A model generated the notes under the pieces. The model made no database searches, was not told where the DNA came from, and saw only the letters and a list, made by a program, of their open reading frames with translations. 64,000 bases of DNA from Candidatus Multivoradales bacterium (lineage in GTDB: Bacteria; Acidobacteriota; Thermoanaerobaculia; Multivoradales; JAHEKO01), in assembly GCA_965223855.1 (NCBI GenBank), contig CBDCXM010000008.1, forward strand, positions 672,001 to 736,000. Direction: 5' to 3'. Every line of letters starts with the position of its first letter. Position 1 is the stretch's first letter. Shown here one piece after another: positions 29,071 to 37,464 of this stretch. A program made the position numbers and the translations under genes.

Positions 29071-30735
29071 ATGTCCATGCCGATCGGAAGGCCGGTCAAG
29101 TGTGTGGCAGCCGTCCTCGAGTCACTACGCCTGGCGTGCTCGCACCGCCAAGCGAGATCGGTACTCCTGGCTGCCTTGGTGCTTGTGGCAGCCCTCACCC
29201 TGCCAGCGAAGGCTCACCTCGCTCGTCGCCCCGGAGCAGAGGCGGAGGGCGCCTGCGTGAGCCGGGCGCTTCCGGGTGTGGCTCAGCCTGAGCAGGTAGC
29301 CACACCCTATCGAGTACCGTGTGAGTTGGCAGCTCCGCTGGATGGATCTCACCACTGCCTGAGGGTTCCCGTGGTGGAAGGGCCAGCCGGGCGGATCATC
29401 GACCTGTATGTATTGGTCCTCGAGGCTACGGGGTCTGCGCCCGAGCCCGACCCGATCTACTGGCTTGCGGGAGGCCCGGGACAGGGGGCAAGCGGCGCGG
29501 CCCCCTTTCTGGCCCAGGTCTTCTCGGGCCCTCGCATCGATCGGGATCTCGTCTTTGTCGACTACCGAGGAACCGGGCGGTCCGACCCTCTGACATGCCC
29601 ACCACTCGGGGATTCCGAGGATCCGAACACATGGATGCGAGAGTTCCTCTCACCCGAGCGCTACCGCTCCTGCCTCCCGGAGCTGATGAAGCGCGGAGTC
29701 GACCTTGGGCGCTACAACACCGCCATCATCGCGGGCGATCTGGAAGTGGTCCGCCGTTCGCTGGGCCACGAGCAGATCAACTTGGCCGGAGCCTCGTACG
29801 GCAGTCGGGTTGGTCTGGAGTACATCCGCAGGCATGGCGACAACGTTCGAGCCGCACTCCTCGAAGGCGTTGCGGCACGTTTCCAGGATCACCTGCTCAC
29901 ACAGGCCGAATTGCTCGAGCGTGGCATCGTCGGTATCAAGGCGCAGTGCCGGGACGACGCCGCTTGTCACGCCGCATTCCCCCACTTCGCCAGTGACATG
30001 GACTCTGTGCTTTCCCAACTGCGGACGGCTCCGATAGAGACGACGGTGGTGAGCGAGCAGACAGGACGGGAGCATCCCGTGACGCTCACCTACGAGAGCT
30101 TCGTCTATGCACTTCGGTTCTCGCTGTACTACTCCGGTCCTGCCGCAGACCTTCCGATGAACGTCACCGCGGCCGCGAACGGAGACTGGACGCGGTTCGC
30201 CGACATGGCGGTCAAGCTGGCGGCGGGCTTCGGCGCCGCCGCCACCGGCATGACGATGGCCGTCCGGTGCGCGGAGGTGGTGCCCTACACGAATGTGACC
30301 GAGGCGCGCCAGCACGCCGAGGGTACGGTCTTCGGCACTCTCCGCCTCGACCAAGAACTGGAAATCTGTCGGGACTGGCCGCGATCGGAAGTCCCTGCGG
30401 ATCTCCATCATCCAGTGGAGTCCGACGTGCAGGTCCTCATGCTCACCGGTGAGTGGGACATCACGTCTCCACCGGAAGATGGGCGGTACGCCGAGCGCTA
30501 TCTGCCGAACGGGAGATTCGTCGAGATGCCGCAGTCCAGGCATGATGGGACGCTTGATACCTGCATGGCACAGGTGCGCGACGCGTACTTCCGACGCGGC
30601 GACTGGCGCTCTATCGACCTCACCTGCCTGACCGAGGTGGGGTACCCACCGTTCAGGACCGCCGGGAGACGCACCTGCGGGCCCTCGGAACGTGCCTCGT
30701 GCGACGGTGAGCTCGCGGTCGAGGACGAGGATTGA
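29071..30735 (+). CDS. Secreted alpha/beta hydrolase (tripeptidyl-aminopeptidase-like); start uncertain
   Basis: GGPG, DYRGTG, GASYG nucleophile elbow, GEWD, catalytic H near SRHD. Confidence 0.85.
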   Translation: MSMPIGRPVKCVAAVLESLRLACSHRQARSVLLAALVLVAALTLPAKAHLARRPGAEAEGACVSRALPGVAQPEQVATPYRVPCELAAPLDGSHHCLRVPVVEGPAGRIIDLYVLVLEATGSAPEPDPIYWLAGGPGQGASGAAPFLAQVFSGPRIDRDLVFVDYRGTGRSDPLTCPPLGDSEDPNTWMREFLSPERYRSCLPELMKRGVDLGRYNTAIIAGDLEVVRRSLGHEQINLAGASYGSRVGLEYIRRHGDNVRAALLEGVAARFQDHLLTQAELLERGIVGIKAQCRDDAACHAAFPHFASDMDSVLSQLRTAPIETTVVSEQTGREHPVTLTYESFVYALRFSLYYSGPAADLPMNVTAAANGDWTRFADMAVKLAAGFGAAATGMTMAVRCAEVVPYTNVTEARQHAEGTVFGTLRLDQELEICRDWPRSEVPADLHHPVESDVQVLMLTGEWDITSPPEDGRYAERYLPNGRFVEMPQSRHDGTLDTCMAQVRDAYFRRGDWRSIDLTCLTEVGYPPFRTAGRRTCGPSERASCDGELAVEDED

Positions 30736-30794
30736 TGGCTCTCATCGCTCGAGTGCGCAGTGCGGCGATGAACCGGACAACGCGGCAGGTCGGC

Positions 30795-30822
30795 TGAGTC
30801 AAGAGTCTGGGCGTTCTCGCGT
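30795..30822 (+). promoter_or_regulatory. Putative promoter TGAGTC-N17-CGCGT
   Basis: Motif match upstream of 30966. Confidence 0.6.
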
Positions 30823-30965
30823 TCTCAACAACGGACCGGCGGGCCTGCGGCCTCCGCCGACCTGCAACCGCATCTTCTGCTCGGCCACGTGGATTCGTCG
30901 TTTCAAGTGGTCGGGAATCAAACTCTTACTTGGAAGGGACCGACAACACCTTGAAGACGACAAGC

Positions 30966-32075
30966 ATGCAATCGGATCGACACACCTGGATTCTCGCTGG
31001 CAGGCTCTGTCGCGCCAGATTGTTCTTCGCAACAGTTGTGCTGGCAGGCCACTTCTCTACCCTCGAGTTGGCCGCCGCAGAATACTCCGTTCGAATCGCA
31101 CCGCCACCGATCGCCGGAGGCGCATCGGTGTTTCCGACCGGCCTCAACAACCAGGGAGAAGTCGTCGGGCAGTTTCAGTCCGGATCGCCTCTCCTGCTGA
31201 AGGGGTGGCACTGGCGACCCGATGGGACGGTCGAGGTGATACCGGCTCCGCCAGGTCTGAGCAGCTACCGAGCCATGGGCATCAACGACTCAGGTTTCAT
31301 CCTGGGCGATGGAGGGTTGTCCTGGGGACTGGCCTGGGTCCTCTCTCCCGACGGAGTTTTCACGTCGGTCGGAACCCTTCCCGGGGACTCGATGAGTCTC
31401 GCCGCAGCGATCAACGAGGACGGAGTAGTGGCTGGAACCTCACGCAGCCCATCTCACACTTCTCCTCGCACCTCCTTCGTCGCCACTCCTGGCCTGCCCC
31501 CGGACCCACTTCAGGGCCAGAGTGAAGCCACAGATCTGAGCAACAGCGGTTTCACGATCGGCTACTACACGTCGCAGACCGGCTTCAGGGTGTCCCCAGG
31601 CGGGGAAACACTGCTACTCCCGCGCATCGACGGGCGATCATTCTCATGGCCCTGGGGCGTCAACTCCGAGGGTTGCACGGTCGGCGGGACAGCCTTCGCC
31701 AACGGAAACGGACACATTCCGTTTCTCTACTGTGACGATCTCGGAACCGTTCCCGTCGGCACGTTCACGGGAGGGGCGAGCGCGGCAGACATCAATGACG
31801 ACCGCACCATCATCGGCAATCTGAGTTCGGGCGGACCGCACCCGTGGATCTGGGACCTCGACCTGGGGATCCGATTTCTGGAGGATCTGATCCCGCCCGA
31901 CGCTGGCGTTGCGCTCCAGTCCGTCCTGAAGATCAACGAACGAGGAGATATTCTCGGCCTCGCCATCCTTCAGGATAGTGGCGACTGGGCACCCGTCGTA
32001 CTGGAATCGACCGCCATCTTCGCGGACGGCTTCGAATCAGGCGACGCCTCTCGTTGGAGCGAGGCCGTTCAATGA
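30966..32075 (+). CDS. Secreted HAF-like repeat protein with C-terminal IFADGFESGD motif
   Basis: Repeated [AG][ILV]N[DEN]xGxxxG units; tail AIFADGFESGDASRWS. Confidence 0.8.
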   Translation: MQSDRHTWILAGRLCRARLFFATVVLAGHFSTLELAAAEYSVRIAPPPIAGGASVFPTGLNNQGEVVGQFQSGSPLLLKGWHWRPDGTVEVIPAPPGLSSYRAMGINDSGFILGDGGLSWGLAWVLSPDGVFTSVGTLPGDSMSLAAAINEDGVVAGTSRSPSHTSPRTSFVATPGLPPDPLQGQSEATDLSNSGFTIGYYTSQTGFRVSPGGETLLLPRIDGRSFSWPWGVNSEGCTVGGTAFANGNGHIPFLYCDDLGTVPVGTFTGGASAADINDDRTIIGNLSSGGPHPWIWDLDLGIRFLEDLIPPDAGVALQSVLKINERGDILGLAILQDSGDWAPVVLESTAIFADGFESGDASRWSEAVQ

Positions 32076-32296
32076 TCGGAGAGACTGGCTGGGCGGTCTC
32101 AAGAGCTTGGTTCTGTCGTCGAGGTGCCAAGCCGAGCCACATCTGACGGTCCTGCTGACGTCATGACCCGAAACTCTTCGAGGACCGAACCCATCGTGCA
32201 GCACGCACGTCTGTAACCGCCAGAACCGACCAACAGTACGCGGCTCATTTTGGATCGCCGACGGGACTACACCATCTCCCTCTCAGAGGAGTGCCC

Positions 32297-35200
32297 ATGC
32301 CTTTGAAACGAGTCCATTTCTGGCTAGGTGTCGCGGCCCTTTCTGTTCTCAGCTCTTCCGGCGCCTTTGCGCAGGCTGATCCGACCGGCAGCCCGACGTT
32401 CCTCAGCCCGCACTCCTCTCCGATCGCCTTCACCGGAGGCTTGGTCCTGGTCGCGAACACGGCTGCAGACACTCTGGACGTCATCGATTCCAGAGGTCGT
32501 GATGTGCTGGCGCGGGTGCCAGTTGGGATCGACCCAGTGTCCGTCGCGGTGCGGCCTGATGGCTTCGAAGCCTGGGTATCCAACCACGTATCTGACTCGG
32601 TGAGTGTTGTCGACCTGCGGCCCTCGACGCCTACGAGGTTTCAGGTCATCGCCACCATTCAGGACTTCGACCCTCGCACCAAGGCCACACGTTTCGACGA
32701 ACCTGTCGGAATCGCTTTTGCCGGCAACGCCAAAGCCTACGTAGCTCTCTCTTCGGAGAATGTTGTGGCGGTCGTGAACGTGGCTCGCCGCAAAGTGATC
32801 CGAAGACTCAGGATCTCTGCTCAGGACCCCAGGGCCATCGCTGTGCAGGGCAATCGACTCTTCGTGCTCCCATTCGAGTCGAACAATCAGACTCAGCTTT
32901 CGGGGTGTACCGGCGCGCCCGACGGCGACCTGTGCACCTTCACAATTCAGAGCTTCAACAATGTTCTTTCTGATGGACTGGTCGTTGATCTCGTCAGGCA
33001 GCCCCGGGTGCCGGACCGCGACCTGTATGTCTTCGACACCAACTCCGATCGCCTTGTCGAGGTCGTCGAGTCCATCGGCACGCTGCTCTACGGCCTGACC
33101 ATAGACTCTCGCGGCAACGTTTTCGTGGCTCAAACGGATGCCCGCAACGACGCCAACGGCCGAGCGGGCACTTTGAACCACGGTCTCCGGGAGATGGAGA
33201 ACCGACCGTTCCTGAACAGAATCTCGCGTGTTTCCTGTACCGGTCTCGCCTGTGCGGCTCCGGACCACTTCGACCTTGAGCCGCTGCCTCCTCTGCAACC
33301 GGCCGCAGGGTCAGCTCTCGCTACGCCCTTCGCCGTTCAGATCAGCCCGGACGACTCGATCCTGGTGGCCACGGCTGCGAGCTCTGACGCTCTTTTTACG
33401 TTGGACGCCCTCTCCGGGGAAGTGCTCGGCCGCGTAACCGTAGGCTCCGTTCCTCGGGGGGTCGCACTCGAGGCATCTGAAGGAGCCCTAGCTAGAGCCT
33501 GGGTCTTCGACGCTGTCGACAACACCGTCTCGATCGTGAACCTGGAAGATCCCTCGGCGCCGCGGGTAGAGGGACTTGTGAGGCTCGAGGACCCGACGCC
33601 TCCTGGAATGAAGCGGGGGCGTCGAGCCTTCAACACGGCAGGCGCTTCCACAACACAGACCTTCTCTTGCGCCAGCTGCCACCCTGACGGGAATACCGAT
33701 CAGTTGCTCTGGGTGCTCGACACCCCGATCCCCGACGGTCAGACGCAAGTGCCACCTCGAAACACGATGCCGGCGCGAGGCTTGAGGAACTCAGCCCCCT
33801 ACCACTGGGACGGGATCCCCGGCGACCCATTCGGAGGCAACAACACTGGCAACATCGGCGGTGCCGAGCCACCGAACTGCGACTTCGAGAATCCACAAAC
33901 CTGTACTCGCTTCCTTGTCGATGCCGCCTTGGCCAGCACCATGTGCAAGATCGAGGAGTGCGATGGCGGCCGACTCTCTCCAGCGGACCGGCGAAGTCTC
34001 GCGCGTTTCCTCCTCGCGGTTCCCTATCCTCCGGCACAGCGGCGGTCGTACTCGAACGCCCTCAGTCCCCGCGCCGTCCGGGGATTCGAGGTCTTCCACA
34101 TCGAGGGAGTGCCAGAGAATGGGAGCAGGAATGTCTGTGGCGACTGCCACCGAATGCCCTTCTGGGTGAGCACCAACACGCCGGGTACTGGCATGGACGC
34201 TCCGACCTGGCGAGGTGCCTACGACCGATGGCTGATCCTGCCCCAGGGTCGCCAGAACATGGTCGATCACTTCACGGCCGAGACTCTCGCCGAAGGGATC
34301 GACGAGAGGTCGTTGTGGGTGGGCGAAGATCCTCGCAGCCCTCTCCAGCCCGTTTGGAACATGGTCACCGAGGGGTCCACAGGGTTCTCGGGAGCCTTCG
34401 CTCGCCAGGTGACGCTTGGCCGTGCGACCGCGCGCAAGCCCCGGACCGAGTCGCTCCTCGCAGCTCTCGAACTGGCGGACTCGGAGGGCGCAGTCGTCCT
34501 GCGCGGTTTCGGCGTCTGGATCAGAGGCGACATCGGTGAGAGAGCAGTCCTCGACTACCAGTCCGGAGTCTACGTGGATGGACTGGGTGGGGAAGCGTTC
34601 ACCCGTGAGCAGCTATCAACCCTGGCGTCGAGCGGCAGCTTCGTCGGCACCTTCACGGGTTGGCCCCCGGCGAACACTGGCCTGGAGCATCCGCAACCTG
34701 CGATCTGGAGCCTTGGTCCGATCGAGCAGCAGAGAGGGCGACAAGAGTTCCCGGTCCTGTCCGGTGGCTCGACAACCATGACTGTCAGCTCGCGCGACGT
34801 TGATGCCGACGCTCAAGTATTCGTCGATGGTCGCCATGTCCAGGCCACTGTGGAGTGTACGGAGGGCCCGACGTCGGACTGCAGGCAGGTAGAGGTCCGG
34901 CTCCTGACGCTGCCAAGTCAGGTGGGCACTCACTTTCTCCAACTTCAGAATCCACGCGGGCTCTTCAGCAACGAGTTCCTCTTCGAAGTCGCCGCCACCG
35001 ACAGCAACGGCTCAGCTGCGGCGGCTGATCAAGAGATGCCCGCGCCAACCACAGCGCCCCCGGACCGGGAAGAATGCAGCCTCTTCGCAGAGTCGCTAGG
35101 TGCCGATGCCCAATCGCCGGAGGTGTTCGAGAGGTCCACTGCGGCCGGACTGGCGTTCCTGGATCGACTCGGCATGCCCGGGATGGCGAGTGCCTCGGTC

Positions 35201-35485
35201 CGTGCCACCCTATGCCGTGCTGCAAGGCTCAAGCGCGCCGAGCAGAGCCCCCTTCCTCGAGAGGCCGAATCGGGCCGAGAGGACTCTCGAGCGCGCATCC
35301 GGCTCTGTGATGAGGCAACGCGAGGTGAGCGCACGGACTGCTCGTTCGAAAGCGTGCGAAGGCCCTTGCGGGCAGAAAGCGAAGAGGACGTGCGGCGCTC
35401 AGCGGCCGACCCGGCCTGTGCGGGAGATCCCTCGCTACCAGGGTGCCTCGCCGCCGGAGAGTCGGAGTCGGACCTGCTCCCCTGA
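32297..35485 (+). CDS. Secreted YVTN-type beta-propeller fused to a di-heme cytochrome c region
   Basis: Signal peptide; VANT/VSNH propeller repeats; CASCH and CGDCH heme motifs. Confidence 0.8.
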   Translation: MPLKRVHFWLGVAALSVLSSSGAFAQADPTGSPTFLSPHSSPIAFTGGLVLVANTAADTLDVIDSRGRDVLARVPVGIDPVSVAVRPDGFEAWVSNHVSDSVSVVDLRPSTPTRFQVIATIQDFDPRTKATRFDEPVGIAFAGNAKAYVALSSENVVAVVNVARRKVIRRLRISAQDPRAIAVQGNRLFVLPFESNNQTQLSGCTGAPDGDLCTFTIQSFNNVLSDGLVVDLVRQPRVPDRDLYVFDTNSDRLVEVVESIGTLLYGLTIDSRGNVFVAQTDARNDANGRAGTLNHGLREMENRPFLNRISRVSCTGLACAAPDHFDLEPLPPLQPAAGSALATPFAVQISPDDSILVATAASSDALFTLDALSGEVLGRVTVGSVPRGVALEASEGALARAWVFDAVDNTVSIVNLEDPSAPRVEGLVRLEDPTPPGMKRGRRAFNTAGASTTQTFSCASCHPDGNTDQLLWVLDTPIPDGQTQVPPRNTMPARGLRNSAPYHWDGIPGDPFGGNNTGNIGGAEPPNCDFENPQTCTRFLVDAALASTMCKIEECDGGRLSPADRRSLARFLLAVPYPPAQRRSYSNALSPRAVRGFEVFHIEGVPENGSRNVCGDCHRMPFWVSTNTPGTGMDAPTWRGAYDRWLILPQGRQNMVDHFTAETLAEGIDERSLWVGEDPRSPLQPVWNMVTEGSTGFSGAFARQVTLGRATARKPRTESLLAALELADSEGAVVLRGFGVWIRGDIGERAVLDYQSGVYVDGLGGEAFTREQLSTLASSGSFVGTFTGWPPANTGLEHPQPAIWSLGPIEQQRGRQEFPVLSGGSTTMTVSSRDVDADAQVFVDGRHVQATVECTEGPTSDCRQVEVRLLTLPSQVGTHFLQLQNPRGLFSNEFLFEVAATDSNGSAAAADQEMPAPTTAPPDREECSLFAESLGADAQSPEVFERSTAAGLAFLDRLGMPGMASASVRATLCRAARLKRAEQSPLPREAESGREDSRARIRLCDEATRGERTDCSFESVRRPLRAESEEDVRRSAADPACAGDPSLPGCLAAGESESDLLP

Positions 35486-35928
35486 TAGCCCCCTGTCGCC
35501 TATTCACTCCCCGGTCGAGTCCCCGCGTTTCTCGAGTCACGCCTCCGGGACCTACCTGAGGATCGGGGCGGCGGGCTCACTGCGGGTTGGCCAGCGCATC
35601 GACTCGACTGCAGGTGATCGTCGCCTCGTCGGGGACTGGACGCTCAGGCTCGGCTCTCGGACGAGGGACCTCCGTCCGTCCAGGTCCTCGTCCGTGGGGT
35701 TTTTCAGGCCGCCCTAGTCATCAAGACCCGGGTTGTCGGTGCCGGACCTGTCGCACCCAACTCACACTCTCTGGATCAAGGAACTCGGATGGGGCCACTA
35801 CTGGACTCACCCCCGGAGACGCCGCGGTCCGCCAGCGACTCGTCGAAGCACTCCCACGGGTCAGGTGTGGCCGAGACTCGATCGGGGGAACGAGAGCAGG
35901 TTCTCCTCCGGACTGCGCGGACCCTCCA

Positions 35929-35955
35929 GAGCCGCTGTCCAGGCCTACCTCGCGA
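35929..35955 (+). promoter_or_regulatory. Putative promoter GAGCC-N17-CGCGA
   Basis: Motif match 82 nt before ATG 36037. Confidence 0.5.
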
Positions 35956-36036
35956 ATCGAACCAGCCCTGGAGGCTCCGGAAAGACTATCGGAAACCCCA
36001 AGGCTCGACCGCTACCAGCACAGAAGGGAAGACAAC

Positions 36037-37218
36037 ATGAAGACACTCGAACGTTCCCCCATCGCCCGAAGGACGAGGCCGGCAACAGCTCTGCTGGTCC
36101 TTCTCGGCTTGTGCTTCGCGAGTTCGCCGGAGCTCGCCCTCGGCGCGGAGCCTTGTTCGGCTGGTGTTGTCGGCAACATCCACCTGAGATGCAGAACCTA
36201 CTCTCAGGTCTACCACGCACTGCCTTGCGGAGTGACGGGTATCGACCACCCCACCTGCGGTGACTACGACTGGGATCCGCAACTGGGCTGTCAGTTCGGA
36301 ATCGGAGACTACCTGGACCCCGATCAGATCTTGGTCGAGTGGTGGGCCGACCAGTCGTGCCCGTCGTTGCAGCCCAACGAGGACTGGTGCTTCGAGATGT
36401 GGGCCTCACTCACGCCCTGCGGACCTCCCGAATCGCCCGAGGACCCTGATTGCCCCGATCCGGTGGCCAGCGGTGTTTGCCAATTCAACTGCCAAGGGCT
36501 CAGCGCACAGGAGGCAGGCCTCCCTCGCTCGAAATCCTCTCGGGTGCCCCACGACTCCCACCTCTCCGACGGTCAACTACGGCAGGCCGGCCTCTCGTAC
36601 GCCGCGGGCTTGGACACCGCCGGTCGAACCGGCTCACAACCGGAGAGCCTGATCGCGGAACTTTGGAACGAGCAGTGCCGCGCGATCGTCCTGATGCCCG
36701 AAGAGTGGCAAGGCGATCCCTGGACCGCAGCTCGAGGGTTCTTCACGATCGGACGAACCTTCCCCCCGGAGGCGCTGGGCTGGCCCGGCGAAGGAGCCGG
36801 GTACGGTGTGCACGATGCTCTGCTGGAGGGGCAGCTCGGTCCGCTCGTCCTGTCTCCGGCGGGCGCCTCGCCCTTGTGGGGTGGTGAAGGCGGAAGAATC
36901 GACACGGACTGGGAGGCTCTCAAGGAAGCTGATCTTTGCATCAACTCCAACGCACTGCTGGCGTCGCCCTACTGGAAGATGATGCAAGGAGGGTTTCAGC
37001 GCAGAAGGGCGTTGGTGCGCTGCCAGGGGAACTCGGCCAGCAACGGCATGGACCTCTACTTCCATTCCTCGAACAGCGAAGAGGATTGGAAGGAGTCGGG
37101 CGCTCTCGCCAGCGAGGTCCGGGGGCAGCTCGAGGAGGTTCGCCGAAGCGGCCTTGTTCCAGTCTGTGTGACCGCCGAGTTGGCGGAGCTACGTCGAACG
37201 GCGCGCTCCGGACGCTAG
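36037..37218 (+). CDS. Secreted hypothetical protein with a Cys-rich N-terminal domain
   Basis: GAAGGGAAG RBS; signal peptide ending ALG-A; dense Cys in the first ~130 mature residues. Confidence 0.7.
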   Translation: MKTLERSPIARRTRPATALLVLLGLCFASSPELALGAEPCSAGVVGNIHLRCRTYSQVYHALPCGVTGIDHPTCGDYDWDPQLGCQFGIGDYLDPDQILVEWWADQSCPSLQPNEDWCFEMWASLTPCGPPESPEDPDCPDPVASGVCQFNCQGLSAQEAGLPRSKSSRVPHDSHLSDGQLRQAGLSYAAGLDTAGRTGSQPESLIAELWNEQCRAIVLMPEEWQGDPWTAARGFFTIGRTFPPEALGWPGEGAGYGVHDALLEGQLGPLVLSPAGASPLWGGEGGRIDTDWEALKEADLCINSNALLASPYWKMMQGGFQRRRALVRCQGNSASNGMDLYFHSSNSEEDWKESGALASEVRGQLEEVRRSGLVPVCVTAELAELRRTARSGR

Positions 37219-37275
37219 TCTGGACGCTGGAAGCAGCCTAATCGCAAGTTCCCTGTGGTCATGGCTGGCGACCGC
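37185..37275 (+). repeat. ~90-bp imperfect direct repeat, copy 1
   Basis: GGAGCTACGTCGAACGGCGCGCTCCGG...AAGCAGCCTAATCGCA...TGGCTGGCG matches 44720-44808. Confidence 0.8.
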
Positions 37276-37284
37276 ATCCACCAC

Positions 37285-37452
37285 GGGGAGTGGGCCTATC
37301 GATTCCCCTACCGCTCTTCACGAGCGCGTACGAGACGACTCCAGCGCCTACTGCACTTCTACAATCACCATCGAATGCACCAGACACTTCCATGGACTGC
37401 CACCCATCAGTCGGCTACCCCGACCGAACAACGTCATGGGAATCCACAGCTA
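37285..37452 (+). mobile_element. IS481-family 3' remnant with probable right end
   Basis: EWAY...LHFYNHHRMH followed by AACAACGTCATGGGAATCCACA. Confidence 0.7.
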
Positions 37453-37464
37453 GCCCAACACTGG

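Noticed and set aside
29119-29145. GAGTC-N17-CGCAC
   Set aside because: Imperfect match that lies inside the predicted 5' coding region; start not resolved
35587-36036. N-terminal extension of the 543-aa ORF (likewise 27647-27991 and 42444-42566)
   Set aside because: RBS, signal peptide and promoter motif support the downstream starts
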